A DNA stretch of 64,000 nucleotides from Minisyncoccota bacterium (GTDB taxonomy: Bacteria > Patescibacteriota > Minisyncoccia > Phycocordibacterales > UBA9973). The DNA lies in NCBI GenBank assembly GCA_028718635.1, contig JAQULK010000001.1, positions 607,834 through 671,833 on the forward strand. Direction: 5' to 3'. The notes beneath the pieces were generated by a model, which had not been told where the DNA came from, did not search any database, and saw only the letters and a program-made list of their open reading frames with translations. Positions 1-8,644 of the stretch are shown here, piece after piece (the stretch's first letter is position 1; each line of letters starts with the position of its first letter). A program made the translations under genes and the position numbers.

Positions 1-217
1 GCCTTCGATAATTGGCAAATTCTGCCCGCTCTTTCTGCCAGCCTGTCAAATATTCCTCTTTTTCGACTTTGCACGCCTTCAAATCAGCCCTGAATTTCTT
101 AAGAGTCTTCTTTAAATCTTCTTCCCCGTCTTCATTGAATTCAAACTCTAAAACTTCAGAATCGTCTTGTTTTATAGGCTCAATATTCTCTTGTTCCTTC
201 TTTTCTTCGTCTGGCAT
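1..217 (-). CDS. grpE: GrpE nucleotide-exchange factor, N-terminal part (gene continues beyond window start)
   Basis: Minus-strand translation from the ATG at 215-217 reads MPDEEKKEQENIEPIKQDDSEVLEFEFNEDGEEDLKKTLKKFRADLKACKVEKEEYLTGWQKERAEFANYRR. The coiled-coil plus AEFxNYRKR motif is typical of GrpE. Confidence 0.5.
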   Translation of the reverse strand, partial: MPDEEKKEQENIEPIKQDDSEVLEFEFNEDGEEDLKKTLKKFRADLKACKVEKEEYLTGWQKERAEFANYRR

Positions 218-358
218 GAACTCATATTATCATAAAAATAAAAAAATAAAAAATAATGTTTTTAAGGGGTTTTGAGCGCGACGGCGCGAAAACTTCAGGA
301 TTTTTTAAGCTTCAAAAAATCCGTACCGACAAAAACATTATTTTTTATTTTTAGATAA

Positions 359-790
359 TTATCGTTTAGACCACTGCGGAGCTTTGCGAGCTTTTTTGAG
401 GCCGAATTTTCTGCGTTCTTTTGCTCTAGGGTCGCGTTTTAGGAAACCTAATTTTTTCAAACTTTCGCGCAAAGTAGAGTCTGATTCAATAAGAGCTCGA
501 GCAAGTCCATGACAGACTGCCTCGGCTTGGGAATGAATTCCCCCGCCGCAAACATGCGCTTCTACGCTCCATTTTATGTCTGGCTTGGTTCCGCCGGTTG
601 ATGTTCCTTTCATTATTGGATCCAAGATTAAACGACGCTGATCTTCCGTTTTAAAATATTCTCTAGCATCTTTGTCATTAACCACAAAACTGGCTTTGGA
701 TGCTTCGGTAATGCGTACTCTGGCAGTGGAAGTCTTTCTCCTCCCTACGGCTTCGATATATTTTTCTTTTTTTACTGTATCTTTATCCAT
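359..790 (-). CDS. rpsI: 30S ribosomal protein S9
   Basis: AVGRRKTSTARVRI ... C-terminal RKFGLKKARKAPQWSKR signature. Confidence 0.9.
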   Translation of the reverse strand: MDKDTVKKEKYIEAVGRRKTSTARVRITEASKASFVVNDKDAREYFKTEDQRRLILDPIMKGTSTGGTKPDIKWSVEAHVCGGGIHSQAEAVCHGLARALIESDSTLRESLKKLGFLKRDPRAKERRKFGLKKARKAPQWSKR

Positions 791-796
791 AAATTA

Positions 797-1195
797 TTAG
801 TCTTCAATTGTTAAATTTTTCATCATCATTCTTCTTAATTTATTTCCTGGAAGCATTTGAAATGTTGCAAGCTTGATCAGCTCTTTTAATCCTTTTTTCT
901 CTGCGGTTTCTGTGCCTTTTAAAATACGAAGCCCGCCGGGGATACCCGAATATCTGGTGTGATAAATTTCAGCTAATTTTTTTGGGGTGATGCGAAGCTT
1001 GCTCGCATTGATTATTTTTACAGGAAGACCGCAGTACTTATTGCGTTCAAAAGTCGCTTTGGTCTTGCCCATCAAAGACATAGCAACTTCGCTCGCCACT
1101 CTGCCTAGGGTTCTACCACCAGCATCTATTGTTTTTACCTCTCTCATTTCTTTTGCATCCTTGGCTTTTTTTGTTTTATTTTTTTCTGTTTTCAT
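797..1195 (-). CDS. rplM: 50S ribosomal protein L13
   Basis: IDAGGRTLGRVASEVA...YHTRYSGIPGGL motifs; sits immediately upstream of rpsI as in the usual operon. Confidence 0.85.
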   Translation of the reverse strand: MKTEKNKTKKAKDAKEMREVKTIDAGGRTLGRVASEVAMSLMGKTKATFERNKYCGLPVKIINASKLRITPKKLAEIYHTRYSGIPGGLRILKGTETAEKKGLKELIKLATFQMLPGNKLRRMMMKNLTIED

Positions 1196-1220
1196 TTTTC
1201 AAAATTATATCAAAATAACT

Positions 1221-1574
1221 CTAGACAAATTCTATTATTGCCATCTTGGTGCCATCCGACTTTCTAGCCCCTAATTTTAAAATTCTCGTATAACCGCCTT
1301 TTTTATCAGCATATCTCGGAGCAATAACACCAAAAAGTTTTTTAACTTCAACACTACGATTCGAAAGCCTTGCAATTATTAATCTGCGCGTAGCCAAACT
1401 GCCTCCCTTTGCTCGAGTCACAAGCTTCTCCATAAATGGTCGCAATTCGCGAGCTTTAGGTTCGGTCGTTTTTATTTTTTCGCGCACAATCAAATTGAGC
1501 GCTAAAGAATTCAAAAGCGCTTTCTTTTGGTTTTTGTTTCTGCCGAATTTTCTTGTATTGTTGTGGTGTCGCAT
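1221..1574 (-). CDS. rplQ: 50S ribosomal protein L17
   Basis: MRHHNNTRKFGRNKNQKKALLNSLALNLIVREKIKTT matches the L17 N-terminus. Confidence 0.85.
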   Translation of the reverse strand: MRHHNNTRKFGRNKNQKKALLNSLALNLIVREKIKTTEPKARELRPFMEKLVTRAKGGSLATRRLIIARLSNRSVEVKKLFGVIAPRYADKKGGYTRILKLGARKSDGTKMAIIEFV

Positions 1575-1575
1575 A

Positions 1576-2562
1576 TTATTCTTTTAAATTCAAACCAAAT
1601 TTATTTAAAACTTTTTTAATTTCGGTAATGCCTTTTTCTCCTATTCCCTCAATCTCAAGCAGGTCGTCTCTCTTTTTTCGAGCTAGGCCTCCCAAGGTTC
1701 GAATATTTGCGGAAGTAAGCGCATTTAATGTTCTAGTAGAGAGATCTAGGCTGTCCGTACGAGTTTTTAGGACATCGACAAAATCAGCCCCTTTTTTGTC
1801 TTCATCGTCATCTTTCTTATCTTTCCCGACCTTTGTCGGGATCCCGACTACGGTCGGGACTTCATCTAGAGGTTCCTTGAAATCAATAATGGCTTTCAGT
1901 TGATTTATCATAATTTCGATAGAGCGAGAAAGAGCTTCTCGAGCAGAGAGAGTGCCATCCGTCTCAATTGAAATTCTTAGACGATTGTGGTTTGTTTTAT
2001 CACCGACGCGCATATTTTCAACTTCATAAGAAACTCTGCGAATGGGAGAGAAGATCGCATCAACGGCAATGGTGCCAACGTCCAATTTTTCTTTTTGAAA
2101 GGCTTCTTTGGCGATAAAGCCCAAGCCTTTTTCTATTTTCATCTCTACGTTCAAATTTATTTTACCAGTAACTTCGGCTATGTGAAGTTCAGGATTTAAA
2201 ATTTCTACTTGGCCTCCGGTTTTTATGTCTCCTGCTAAAACATCCTTAGGGCCTTTTATGGAAAGTGTGACTATCTGAGGCTCGTCGGAAATCATTTTGA
2301 AACGGACTTTCTTTAAGTTTAAAATCATTACGATAACGTCTTCCTTGATTCCATCCATTGTTTGAAATTCATGGCTTACTCCATCTATCTTGATGGAAGT
2401 GATGCTGGCGCCTGGAAGAGAAGAAAGAATTATCCTTCTAAGACTGTTCCCTAGCGTATGGCCATATCCGGGAGACAAACCATCTATTTCAAATATTCCT
2501 TTATTGCCTTCCTCTAAAACAACGCGAGGTTTTGAAGGCATAATTATTTTATATTCAGGCAT
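1576..2562 (-). CDS. rpoA: DNA-directed RNA polymerase alpha subunit. The interdomain linker contains an in-frame palindromic insertion.
   Basis: GHTLGNSLRRILLSSLPG N-terminal-domain signature plus C-terminal-domain helix-hairpin-helix. Linker PTVVGIPTKVG is encoded by the palindrome at 1825-1860. Confidence 0.9.
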   Translation of the reverse strand: MPEYKIIMPSKPRVVLEEGNKGIFEIDGLSPGYGHTLGNSLRRIILSSLPGASITSIKIDGVSHEFQTMDGIKEDVIVMILNLKKVRFKMISDEPQIVTLSIKGPKDVLAGDIKTGGQVEILNPELHIAEVTGKINLNVEMKIEKGLGFIAKEAFQKEKLDVGTIAVDAIFSPIRRVSYEVENMRVGDKTNHNRLRISIETDGTLSAREALSRSIEIMINQLKAIIDFKEPLDEVPTVVGIPTKVGKDKKDDDEDKKGADFVDVLKTRTDSLDLSTRTLNALTSANIRTLGGLARKKRDDLLEIEGIGEKGITEIKKVLNKFGLNLKE

Positions 2563-2633
2563 AATACTTTTTATAATTAATTTGTAATAATATTTATTTG
2601 CCTCACTCCTTTCAATAGGAAGGGCATACTAAT

Positions 2634-3236
2634 TTAACGACTGTAAAATTCAAGAACGGCATTAATATTAAGAAACGTTTCAATATTTTTCGGTTTGGCT
2701 AAAATACGCCCTTCCATATTATTTAAATCAAAACTGACCCAAGTCGGCGCCGTATAATCCTTTAATTTTTCTGCGAGATTGCTGAAAATTTTCTTGCCTT
2801 TGCTTCCTTCGCGAATTTTTATCACATCTCCCATCTTTACCTCGAAAGAAGGAACAGTCACCCGGTGATTATTTACAACAAAGTGTCCGTGAGAAACCAT
2901 TTGTCTGGCTGCACGTCGAGAGGCTGCAAGACCCATTCGATAAACCACATTATCTAGACGAGATTCCAGTCTTTCGTAAAGTTTGTCTGCGGTTCCGGCG
3001 CCTTTAACGCTGGAAACTTTTTTAACATAATTGGAAAACTGGCGTTCTGATATGCCATATGAAAATCGTATCTTTTGCTTCTCGATAAGCTGAACACCGT
3101 ACTCAGTAGGAGCTTTCGGACGTTTTCCTCCAGAAAAGGATTTTGAAGATGCAGCTGAAAATTTAGAAGTCTGACATTTATCATAAACGCCTGGACCAAG
3201 TCTTCTACATATTTTAAATTTGGGTTTTGTTATCAT
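2634..3236 (-). CDS. rpsD: 30S ribosomal protein S4. The start is taken at the internal ATG at 3236; the track ORF extends to 3299 and would overlap rpsK.
   Basis: KFKICRRLG ... RLDNVVYRMGLAASRRAARQMVSHGHFVVNNHRVTVPSF S4 motifs. Confidence 0.85.
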   Translation of the reverse strand: MITKPKFKICRRLGPGVYDKCQTSKFSAASSKSFSGGKRPKAPTEYGVQLIEKQKIRFSYGISERQFSNYVKKVSSVKGAGTADKLYERLESRLDNVVYRMGLAASRRAARQMVSHGHFVVNNHRVTVPSFEVKMGDVIKIREGSKGKKIFSNLAEKLKDYTAPTWVSFDLNNMEGRILAKPKNIETFLNINAVLEFYSR

Positions 3237-3243
3237 AAATTTT

Positions 3244-3720
3244 TTATACTCTTCTAGGTTTCTTAGCTTTTGGTCCATTATGAGGAACTGGTGTTGCATC
3301 TAATATAGAAGTAATTTCTATACCATGAGCCATAAAAGCTCGCACAGCAGGTTCCCTCCCGGACCCTACTCCTAAAATAACAGCGTCAGCATCTTTTACG
3401 CCCAAGGCTTCTGCCTTGCCGCCGACAATATCTCCCACCTTGGAAGCCGCAAACGGGGTTCCTTTCTTAGCACCCCTAAAACCTAAACTGCCGGCACTTG
3501 ACCAAAATAATGTATTGCCTAATTTGTCCGAAAAAAGAACTTTGGTATTATTAAATGTGGCTTCAACATGCAGCACACCAGAACTAATTTTCTTTTTGGC
3601 TGTTTTTCCTGCCTGTCCGGTAGGCAGGGATGAAACTTTTTTTGTTTCTTCTGCTGCAGTTTCTTCTTTATTTATTTCTGTTGCTATTTTATCTTTGGCC
3701 ATTTGTTTTTTAATTATCAA
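3244..3720 (-). CDS. rpsK: 30S ribosomal protein S11, with an N-terminal extension that carries an in-frame palindromic insertion
   Basis: FNNTKVLFSD..GN..FWSSAGSLGF.G..K.TPFAA ... VPHNG S11 motifs. The LPTGQAGK segment is encoded by the palindrome at 3608-3628. Confidence 0.85.
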   Translation of the reverse strand: MIIKKQMAKDKIATEINKEETAAEETKKVSSLPTGQAGKTAKKKISSGVLHVEATFNNTKVLFSDKLGNTLFWSSAGSLGFRGAKKGTPFAASKVGDIVGGKAEALGVKDADAVILGVGSGREPAVRAFMAHGIEITSILDATPVPHNGPKAKKPRRV

Positions 3721-3773
3721 TTACGAATTACGAATTTCAAATTATTAATTCGTAATTTTTAATTCCTCATTGA

Positions 3774-4154
3774 TTACGTCTTACTTTCTTTTCTCTTTCC
3801 TGAAGCCATTGTTTTTCTGACGTTCCCTCTAATCGTTCTAGAATTTGTTTTAGTGCGTTGTCCGCGAACTGGCAATCTTTTCATGTGACGTACTCCCCGG
3901 TAACTCTTTATATCTTTCAATCTTTTTATATTTGAAGCTATCTCTCTTTTTAAATTTCCTTCAATTGATATTTTCTCCACAATAGAACGAATGTTATTCT
4001 CTTCATCTAAGGTCAAATCTTTGGCTTTTTTCCCATGGTCAATATTTGCTTGATCTAAAATTTTACGAGCAGAAGAAATACCAATACCATACAGGCAAGT
4101 TAAACCTATCTCTAATCTTTTTTCATTTGGCACTGTAATTCCTAATATTCTCAT
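3774..4154 (-). CDS. rpsM: 30S ribosomal protein S13
   Basis: RILGITVPNEKRLEIGLTCLYGIG ... YRGVRHMKRLPVRGQRTKTNSRT. Confidence 0.85.
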   Translation of the reverse strand: MRILGITVPNEKRLEIGLTCLYGIGISSARKILDQANIDHGKKAKDLTLDEENNIRSIVEKISIEGNLKREIASNIKRLKDIKSYRGVRHMKRLPVRGQRTKTNSRTIRGNVRKTMASGKRKESKT

Positions 4155-4416
4155 ATAAATTATTGTTTTTGTTTATGTTTAGGGTTGGAGCAAATTATCT
4201 TCAAATGCCTGGCTCTTTTAACCATTTTACAATTGGCACAAATTTTTTTTACTGCTGATTTTATTTTCATAAAAATTTCGAAAATTCAAATAATAAACAA
4301 GAAAAACAAGGAGAATACCCTTATTTTTCAATACTATAACTTTTTAAAACCTACAATTAATATAATACACTATTCTTTAAAAAAACACAACCTGTCTGTC
4401 GGCAGGCAGGCTCCTT

Positions 4417-4662
4417 TTACAATCTTTTAATTATTCTACCTTTTCCGCCATAAGGATCCAGCACCATCTCGACGGAATCTCCAATCAAAACTTTAATTCT
4501 GTGCATCCGCATTTTTCCTCCCAAATATGCTAAAATTTCTTTCTCCTCATCATTTACTCTTACTCTAAATAAAGTAGAGGGCAAAGCCTCAGTGACGATT
4601 CCTCGCGCTGTTTGTAATTTTTCCTGCCTGCCGGCAGGCAGGTCTTTTCGGAAGTCACTCAT
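4417..4662 (-). CDS. infA: Translation initiation factor IF-1, with an N-terminal extension that carries an in-frame palindromic insertion
   Basis: GIVTEALPSTLFRVRVNDEEKEILAYLGGKMRMHRIKVLIGDSVEMVLDPYGGKGRII is the IF-1 S1 fold. The LPAGRQ segment is encoded by the palindrome at 4623-4642. Confidence 0.85.
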   Translation of the reverse strand: MSDFRKDLPAGRQEKLQTARGIVTEALPSTLFRVRVNDEEKEILAYLGGKMRMHRIKVLIGDSVEMVLDPYGGKGRIIKRL

Positions 4663-4717
4663 GTATATGCCACAATTATAGTAAAATTAAACATTGGAGT
4701 CAAGATGGCAATCAATT

Positions 4718-5971
4718 TTACTTTGTATAATCCATCACCACTTTAATATTTTTAATTTTACTTGGAAGAGAAGATATCCACGGAGGACTCAATTTTACGA
4801 GCGCTGAATCAATATTCGGATATTTTAATAAAATTTGGTTAAAATCTTTTTTGGGTTTGTTTAATAAATCGGTGGTAAATTTATCCGCATCAAGTTTCCA
4901 AACAATTTTTGCGGGACCAGATAAATTAAAATCTATATTTTTCACGCTATCAAATAAAATATTCTCTTTATTGACAAGAGAAAAAGTCAGATCTTTGATG
5001 TTCGGTATGTACACATCGCTATTGTCATAATTTTCAATATTGTCTTTTGAAATTTTTTGGGTTAATTTCTGTTCATTAAAAATAATACCGTAAAGAGTAC
5101 CTGGAAGAGTTAGAACTACTGAACCATCGGGAGACACCGGACCAGCTATAAGATCATCGGTTTTTATAAAAGTGGCGTCTTTGTATAACAAAAATCCTGG
5201 AATTTGGCTCGAAATTTCATTAAAAAGTTTACTTTCTAAAATTGTCTTTAACTCCCCCTCTGTTTCTATTTTTTGTAAATCACTAACTTGACGAGACTTA
5301 CCGACAATCCCACCAGTTATATCTCCCATAGATCTACCATAGAACTTTTCATACTTAGCTGTTCCCTTAAAACCAAAAATTTTAAAATCAAGCGGAGAAC
5401 TATTGTAATCCGCCCCCTCTTTCTCTGCGTAAATATCGACACTAACCTGCCCCGGAGTGCCATTTTTACTCATTCCTGGAATTACTACCTTAGATATTAT
5501 TTTATAAATTTTTCCATTTGATCCGTCTAGACGGGTATCTACGCTGAGTATCTGAGAAGCTGAGCTGTATTTATTATAAAGAATAACTGTACCTTTTGCT
5601 TTTTCATAAAAATCTCCTTCTTCTAAAAAAATCGTTTTTGACACATCTCTTGAAATGTGGGTAAGCTCGAAAGGTAAAGTATCGGCATTCTCGTCGAGGC
5701 TAGCAGATAAATTTTTATTTAAAACAATATCTTTAGTTTTTAAACTCACCGAAACTTCCGCTTTTGCAAATAAAAACGAAAATGCAAAAAAACAAAATAT
5801 TATGGACGCCAATGCCACGAGCCAAAGCATGTAGCGATATTTATTTCCCGAAGGCTTCGTACCAACATCTGCCAAATAATCTATGCGCTCCGTCTTTGTC
5901 GGTTCTTTTTTAATAAGACGCCTTTTATTATTTTTTACTCGAACCATGTCTTCCAAAAGGTGCTTGGACAT
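4718..5971 (-). CDS. Hypothetical membrane-anchored protein. A PilN/PilO-like partner of the upstream actin-fold ATPase is possible.
   Basis: Single N-terminal transmembrane helix. It is translationally coupled to the upstream gene, with a 4-bp overlap. Confidence 0.3.
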   Translation of the reverse strand: MSKHLLEDMVRVKNNKRRLIKKEPTKTERIDYLADVGTKPSGNKYRYMLWLVALASIIFCFFAFSFLFAKAEVSVSLKTKDIVLNKNLSASLDENADTLPFELTHISRDVSKTIFLEEGDFYEKAKGTVILYNKYSSASQILSVDTRLDGSNGKIYKIISKVVIPGMSKNGTPGQVSVDIYAEKEGADYNSSPLDFKIFGFKGTAKYEKFYGRSMGDITGGIVGKSRQVSDLQKIETEGELKTILESKLFNEISSQIPGFLLYKDATFIKTDDLIAGPVSPDGSVVLTLPGTLYGIIFNEQKLTQKISKDNIENYDNSDVYIPNIKDLTFSLVNKENILFDSVKNIDFNLSGPAKIVWKLDADKFTTDLLNKPKKDFNQILLKYPNIDSALVKLSPPWISSLPSKIKNIKVVMDYTK

Positions 5972-5973
5972 AA

Positions 5974-7155
5974 TTATTTTGAAATTAAGAAACGATTAAT
6001 GTAAACAGAATCAATAATCAGAGAAGCTTCGAGAGGCATATTATTTTTCAATATTGTAATCCCGTTGAGAATTTCTGCATTTAAAAAAATAATTTTGAAT
6101 TTTGATTCTGTTAAAGTATATTGGCTAAACTGTTCTGTTTTAATTGTTTCAGAAAAAAAATCTGTAAAATCTTTATCGACTACTATAAAAATAGTAGAGG
6201 GAATAGAAATATCATTCGACAAATTAGCTAAGGAATTTTGAAATTCCTTTAACCACTCTGTCCTAAGCTTATTTAAAACTGAAGCAAGTTTTTTAGCTAC
6301 AGATTCTTCTGCGTGGCCGTTTTTAAAAAGAGAGATAAAAGACTCAGCTTCATTCATAGAGCAACCCAGCTCCGAAGCGACACCACGTATTAAAAAATTG
6401 CACCCGAGAGGAAAAGACGCAGACTCGCGCAGGGTATTCTTCTTTATCATAGAAATGTCCGTCATCTCACCGCCTATTTTTAATAAAAGGAAATTCTCTT
6501 GTTCTAAATACATATCGCGCACTATTGTAAAAAAAGATAATAAGAACGAAGCAAATTTTATTTGTTTGAAATGAAAATATTTGCTTATCGTATCCTCGAT
6601 TTTCTTTAGCACTTGTTCCCCGCTCATCGAAACAAAAATATTCATCTCTAATTCTTTGGTTTTTTTATTTAGAGATTGAGGCGCTTCGTAGCCGTTTAAT
6701 AGTATTTTGATATTTTTCAATTCAATCATTCGAACTCTGTTGTCGGAATTGCCGTATTTCAACATATGTTCTTCTTCAAAAAGTTTTATTTCTTTTTGTA
6801 TTAATTCATCAGCCAATTTTTCAGTAAACACAAAAGGAGTGTTTTTTTTCAAATTAATTATCCTCGTCTGAGAAATACACCAAGGAGAAGACAACACGCA
6901 AAATATCTCTGAAGGCGCGCCTAGGCCTGCTTTATAAATTTTTTCAACGACAATTTCTAAAGATTTTATTGTGGATGATAAAAAATTATCGATATCAACT
7001 TTTTCTTCTATTTTTATCGGTTCTTTAACGGAGAAAATTATTTTTGGAATTCCAGAGCTTTGCGCCTCAAAAATCGCTCCGTCCACAGAAGAAGAACTGA
7101 CATTGAAAACTAGCATCAATTTATTTTTTTCTTGAAGTTTAGAAAAAATACCCAT
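5974..7155 (-). CDS. Actin-fold ATPase of the FtsA/PilM family
   Basis: The N-terminus (MLVFNVSSSSVDGAIFE) and the C-terminal KIGGEMTDISMI...FPLGCNFLIRGVASELG motif match the FtsA/PilM phosphate-2 and adenosine motifs. Confidence 0.45.
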   Translation of the reverse strand: MGIFSKLQEKNKLMLVFNVSSSSVDGAIFEAQSSGIPKIIFSVKEPIKIEEKVDIDNFLSSTIKSLEIVVEKIYKAGLGAPSEIFCVLSSPWCISQTRIINLKKNTPFVFTEKLADELIQKEIKLFEEEHMLKYGNSDNRVRMIELKNIKILLNGYEAPQSLNKKTKELEMNIFVSMSGEQVLKKIEDTISKYFHFKQIKFASFLLSFFTIVRDMYLEQENFLLLKIGGEMTDISMIKKNTLRESASFPLGCNFLIRGVASELGCSMNEAESFISLFKNGHAEESVAKKLASVLNKLRTEWLKEFQNSLANLSNDISIPSTIFIVVDKDFTDFFSETIKTEQFSQYTLTESKFKIIFLNAEILNGITILKNNMPLEASLIIDSVYINRFLISK

Positions 7156-7313
7156 GTAAGGTAATTATAACAACAAATAGCAAACATAAACAAGTATATT
7201 TTAGTACAATTGACTTTTATTTTGATTAGTAATATACCTTTACTAGATCACCCTTGACAAAAAGTTTTAAATAACTCATAAAAACAAGACAATCAAACAA
7301 AAAGGAGCCAACC

Positions 7314-8567
7314 ATGAAAAGAATAGCGTCAGTAGCAGTATTACCTTTCCCGCTTACAGTTATATCATTGTTCAGTTACGGAATTTTGCATTTTTTGGGA
7401 CATGTAGATGACTGGACTCACGTTCGTTTTGCACAGAACATGGGAAATAAGACTCACAACTTATTTGGATGCCAAGAAAGAATCATCTACCTGTATAGTA
7501 AAGATTTACATTCCAAAATGCTTGAACTCTTGGAAGACAGTTGGCATCTCAAAAGGATCCTCCATTTTGCTCAGTGTGGAGGCAACAAACAAACCAAAAG
7601 TCTGTACGCAAGACTAGTGTCAGTACTAAGGAAACTAGACACTGAAGGCAGCAGGCGAGCAATTACCCAGACCTCTCTTTTAATCTCGGATCTTAGAAAT
7701 AAAAGCAGAGATATCTGGAAAGGTACCGAGGTTATGGAGACTTTTGTTCCTTTGCTCGAATCACTTGAGATAGCGCAACCTTTAGTTGCTTCCTATCCTC
7801 CCGATAAAAGATTCCTCTATCTCCCAGTATTTAAGGATAGAGGCGGAGCAACAAGAACCGAGGACGACGTAAATGATTATTTTGAAGTTGTGTTGTCCGA
7901 GGGTCGCATTTACGAGCTTAAAAACAAACGCGTTTCCATAGTCGTAGGGGGACCCAGCAGAAGTGGCAAAAGCACTTTGGCAGTGTCCCTTGTGGCCGAA
8001 ATGCAAAATTACATCAGGTCACTAAAGTCTAGACAAGGTTTCTCAGATCTAGAACTAAGTGTTGGTCTTGCAAACCTAGACTTAGCAACACCAACAACCC
8101 AAGCTATTGCTGAGAAATGGGCTACTGATCGTGAAAAAGTTGCAAGTTTGAAACGTCCGTGGAATATTGCGCTCGCAGAAGAAGCCCAACGAAATTTGTT
8201 CCAATGTCGAGAAGAAAACAATATTTCCATTGGAGACCTGCCGGGAGGCCGTGTTGACGATATCACTGAGCTTCTCGCAAGTAGCGCAGATGCTGCTATT
8301 ATTATCAGTAACGACTGGAATGTTTTCAAAGAAGAATGGAATCCTCTGTTTTGTCGCGTAGGATTGCCACTCGTTGCAAAGATAAGAAGCAGAAGAGCTG
8401 ATGAAGGCTTTTCCAGCCTAATTACAACAAGAGATCCGGGGAAAGCACTCATGGGAAGAATAAGTTCTCTCAATCGCTACACGAAATCCTGGGATTTATT
8501 TATTCAATGGTTGGCAGCTTTTCTGTTGTTTGAAATTCTACCAACACAGTTTGAGAAAGGTTCGTAG
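7314..8567 (+). CDS. P-loop NTPase of unknown function; GC-anomalous orphan gene
   Basis: Walker A motif VVGGPSRSGKSTL. Strong AAGGAG Shine-Dalgarno 7 nt upstream. GC is visibly higher than in neighbouring genes. It is the only plus-strand gene in this stretch and is followed by a perfect terminator hairpin. Confidence 0.5.
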   Translation: MKRIASVAVLPFPLTVISLFSYGILHFLGHVDDWTHVRFAQNMGNKTHNLFGCQERIIYLYSKDLHSKMLELLEDSWHLKRILHFAQCGGNKQTKSLYARLVSVLRKLDTEGSRRAITQTSLLISDLRNKSRDIWKGTEVMETFVPLLESLEIAQPLVASYPPDKRFLYLPVFKDRGGATRTEDDVNDYFEVVLSEGRIYELKNKRVSIVVGGPSRSGKSTLAVSLVAEMQNYIRSLKSRQGFSDLELSVGLANLDLATPTTQAIAEKWATDREKVASLKRPWNIALAEEAQRNLFQCREENNISIGDLPGGRVDDITELLASSADAAIIISNDWNVFKEEWNPLFCRVGLPLVAKIRSRRADEGFSSLITTRDPGKALMGRISSLNRYTKSWDLFIQWLAAFLLFEILPTQFEKGS

Positions 8568-8591
8568 TTCGTAAGCACAATCAATCGCAGA

Positions 8592-8630
8592 ACAGGGGTC
8601 AACGGTTTCCGTTGACCCCTGTATTTAGTT
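8592..8630 (+). terminator. Rho-independent terminator (perfect 14-bp stem)
   Basis: acaggggtcaacgg ttt ccgttgacccctgt followed by atttagtt. Confidence 0.6.
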
Positions 8631-8644
8631 AAATCCAGTAAAAC

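Noticed and set aside
12-275. 87-aa plus-strand ORF at the window start
   Set aside because: It is antisense to a well-supported GrpE reading frame on the minus strand and has a low-complexity S/F-rich translation.
987-1903. Plus-strand ORFs of 95-116 aa inside the rplM-rplQ-rpoA region
   Set aside because: They are antisense to strongly supported ribosomal protein and rpoA frames. Their translations mirror the palindrome-encoded segments, for example PTFVGIPTTVG.
4185-4430. 81-aa plus-strand ORF between rpsM and infA
   Set aside because: It has a low-complexity I/K/F-rich translation in an AT-rich intergenic promoter region. It overlaps the infA 3' end and a palindrome copy.
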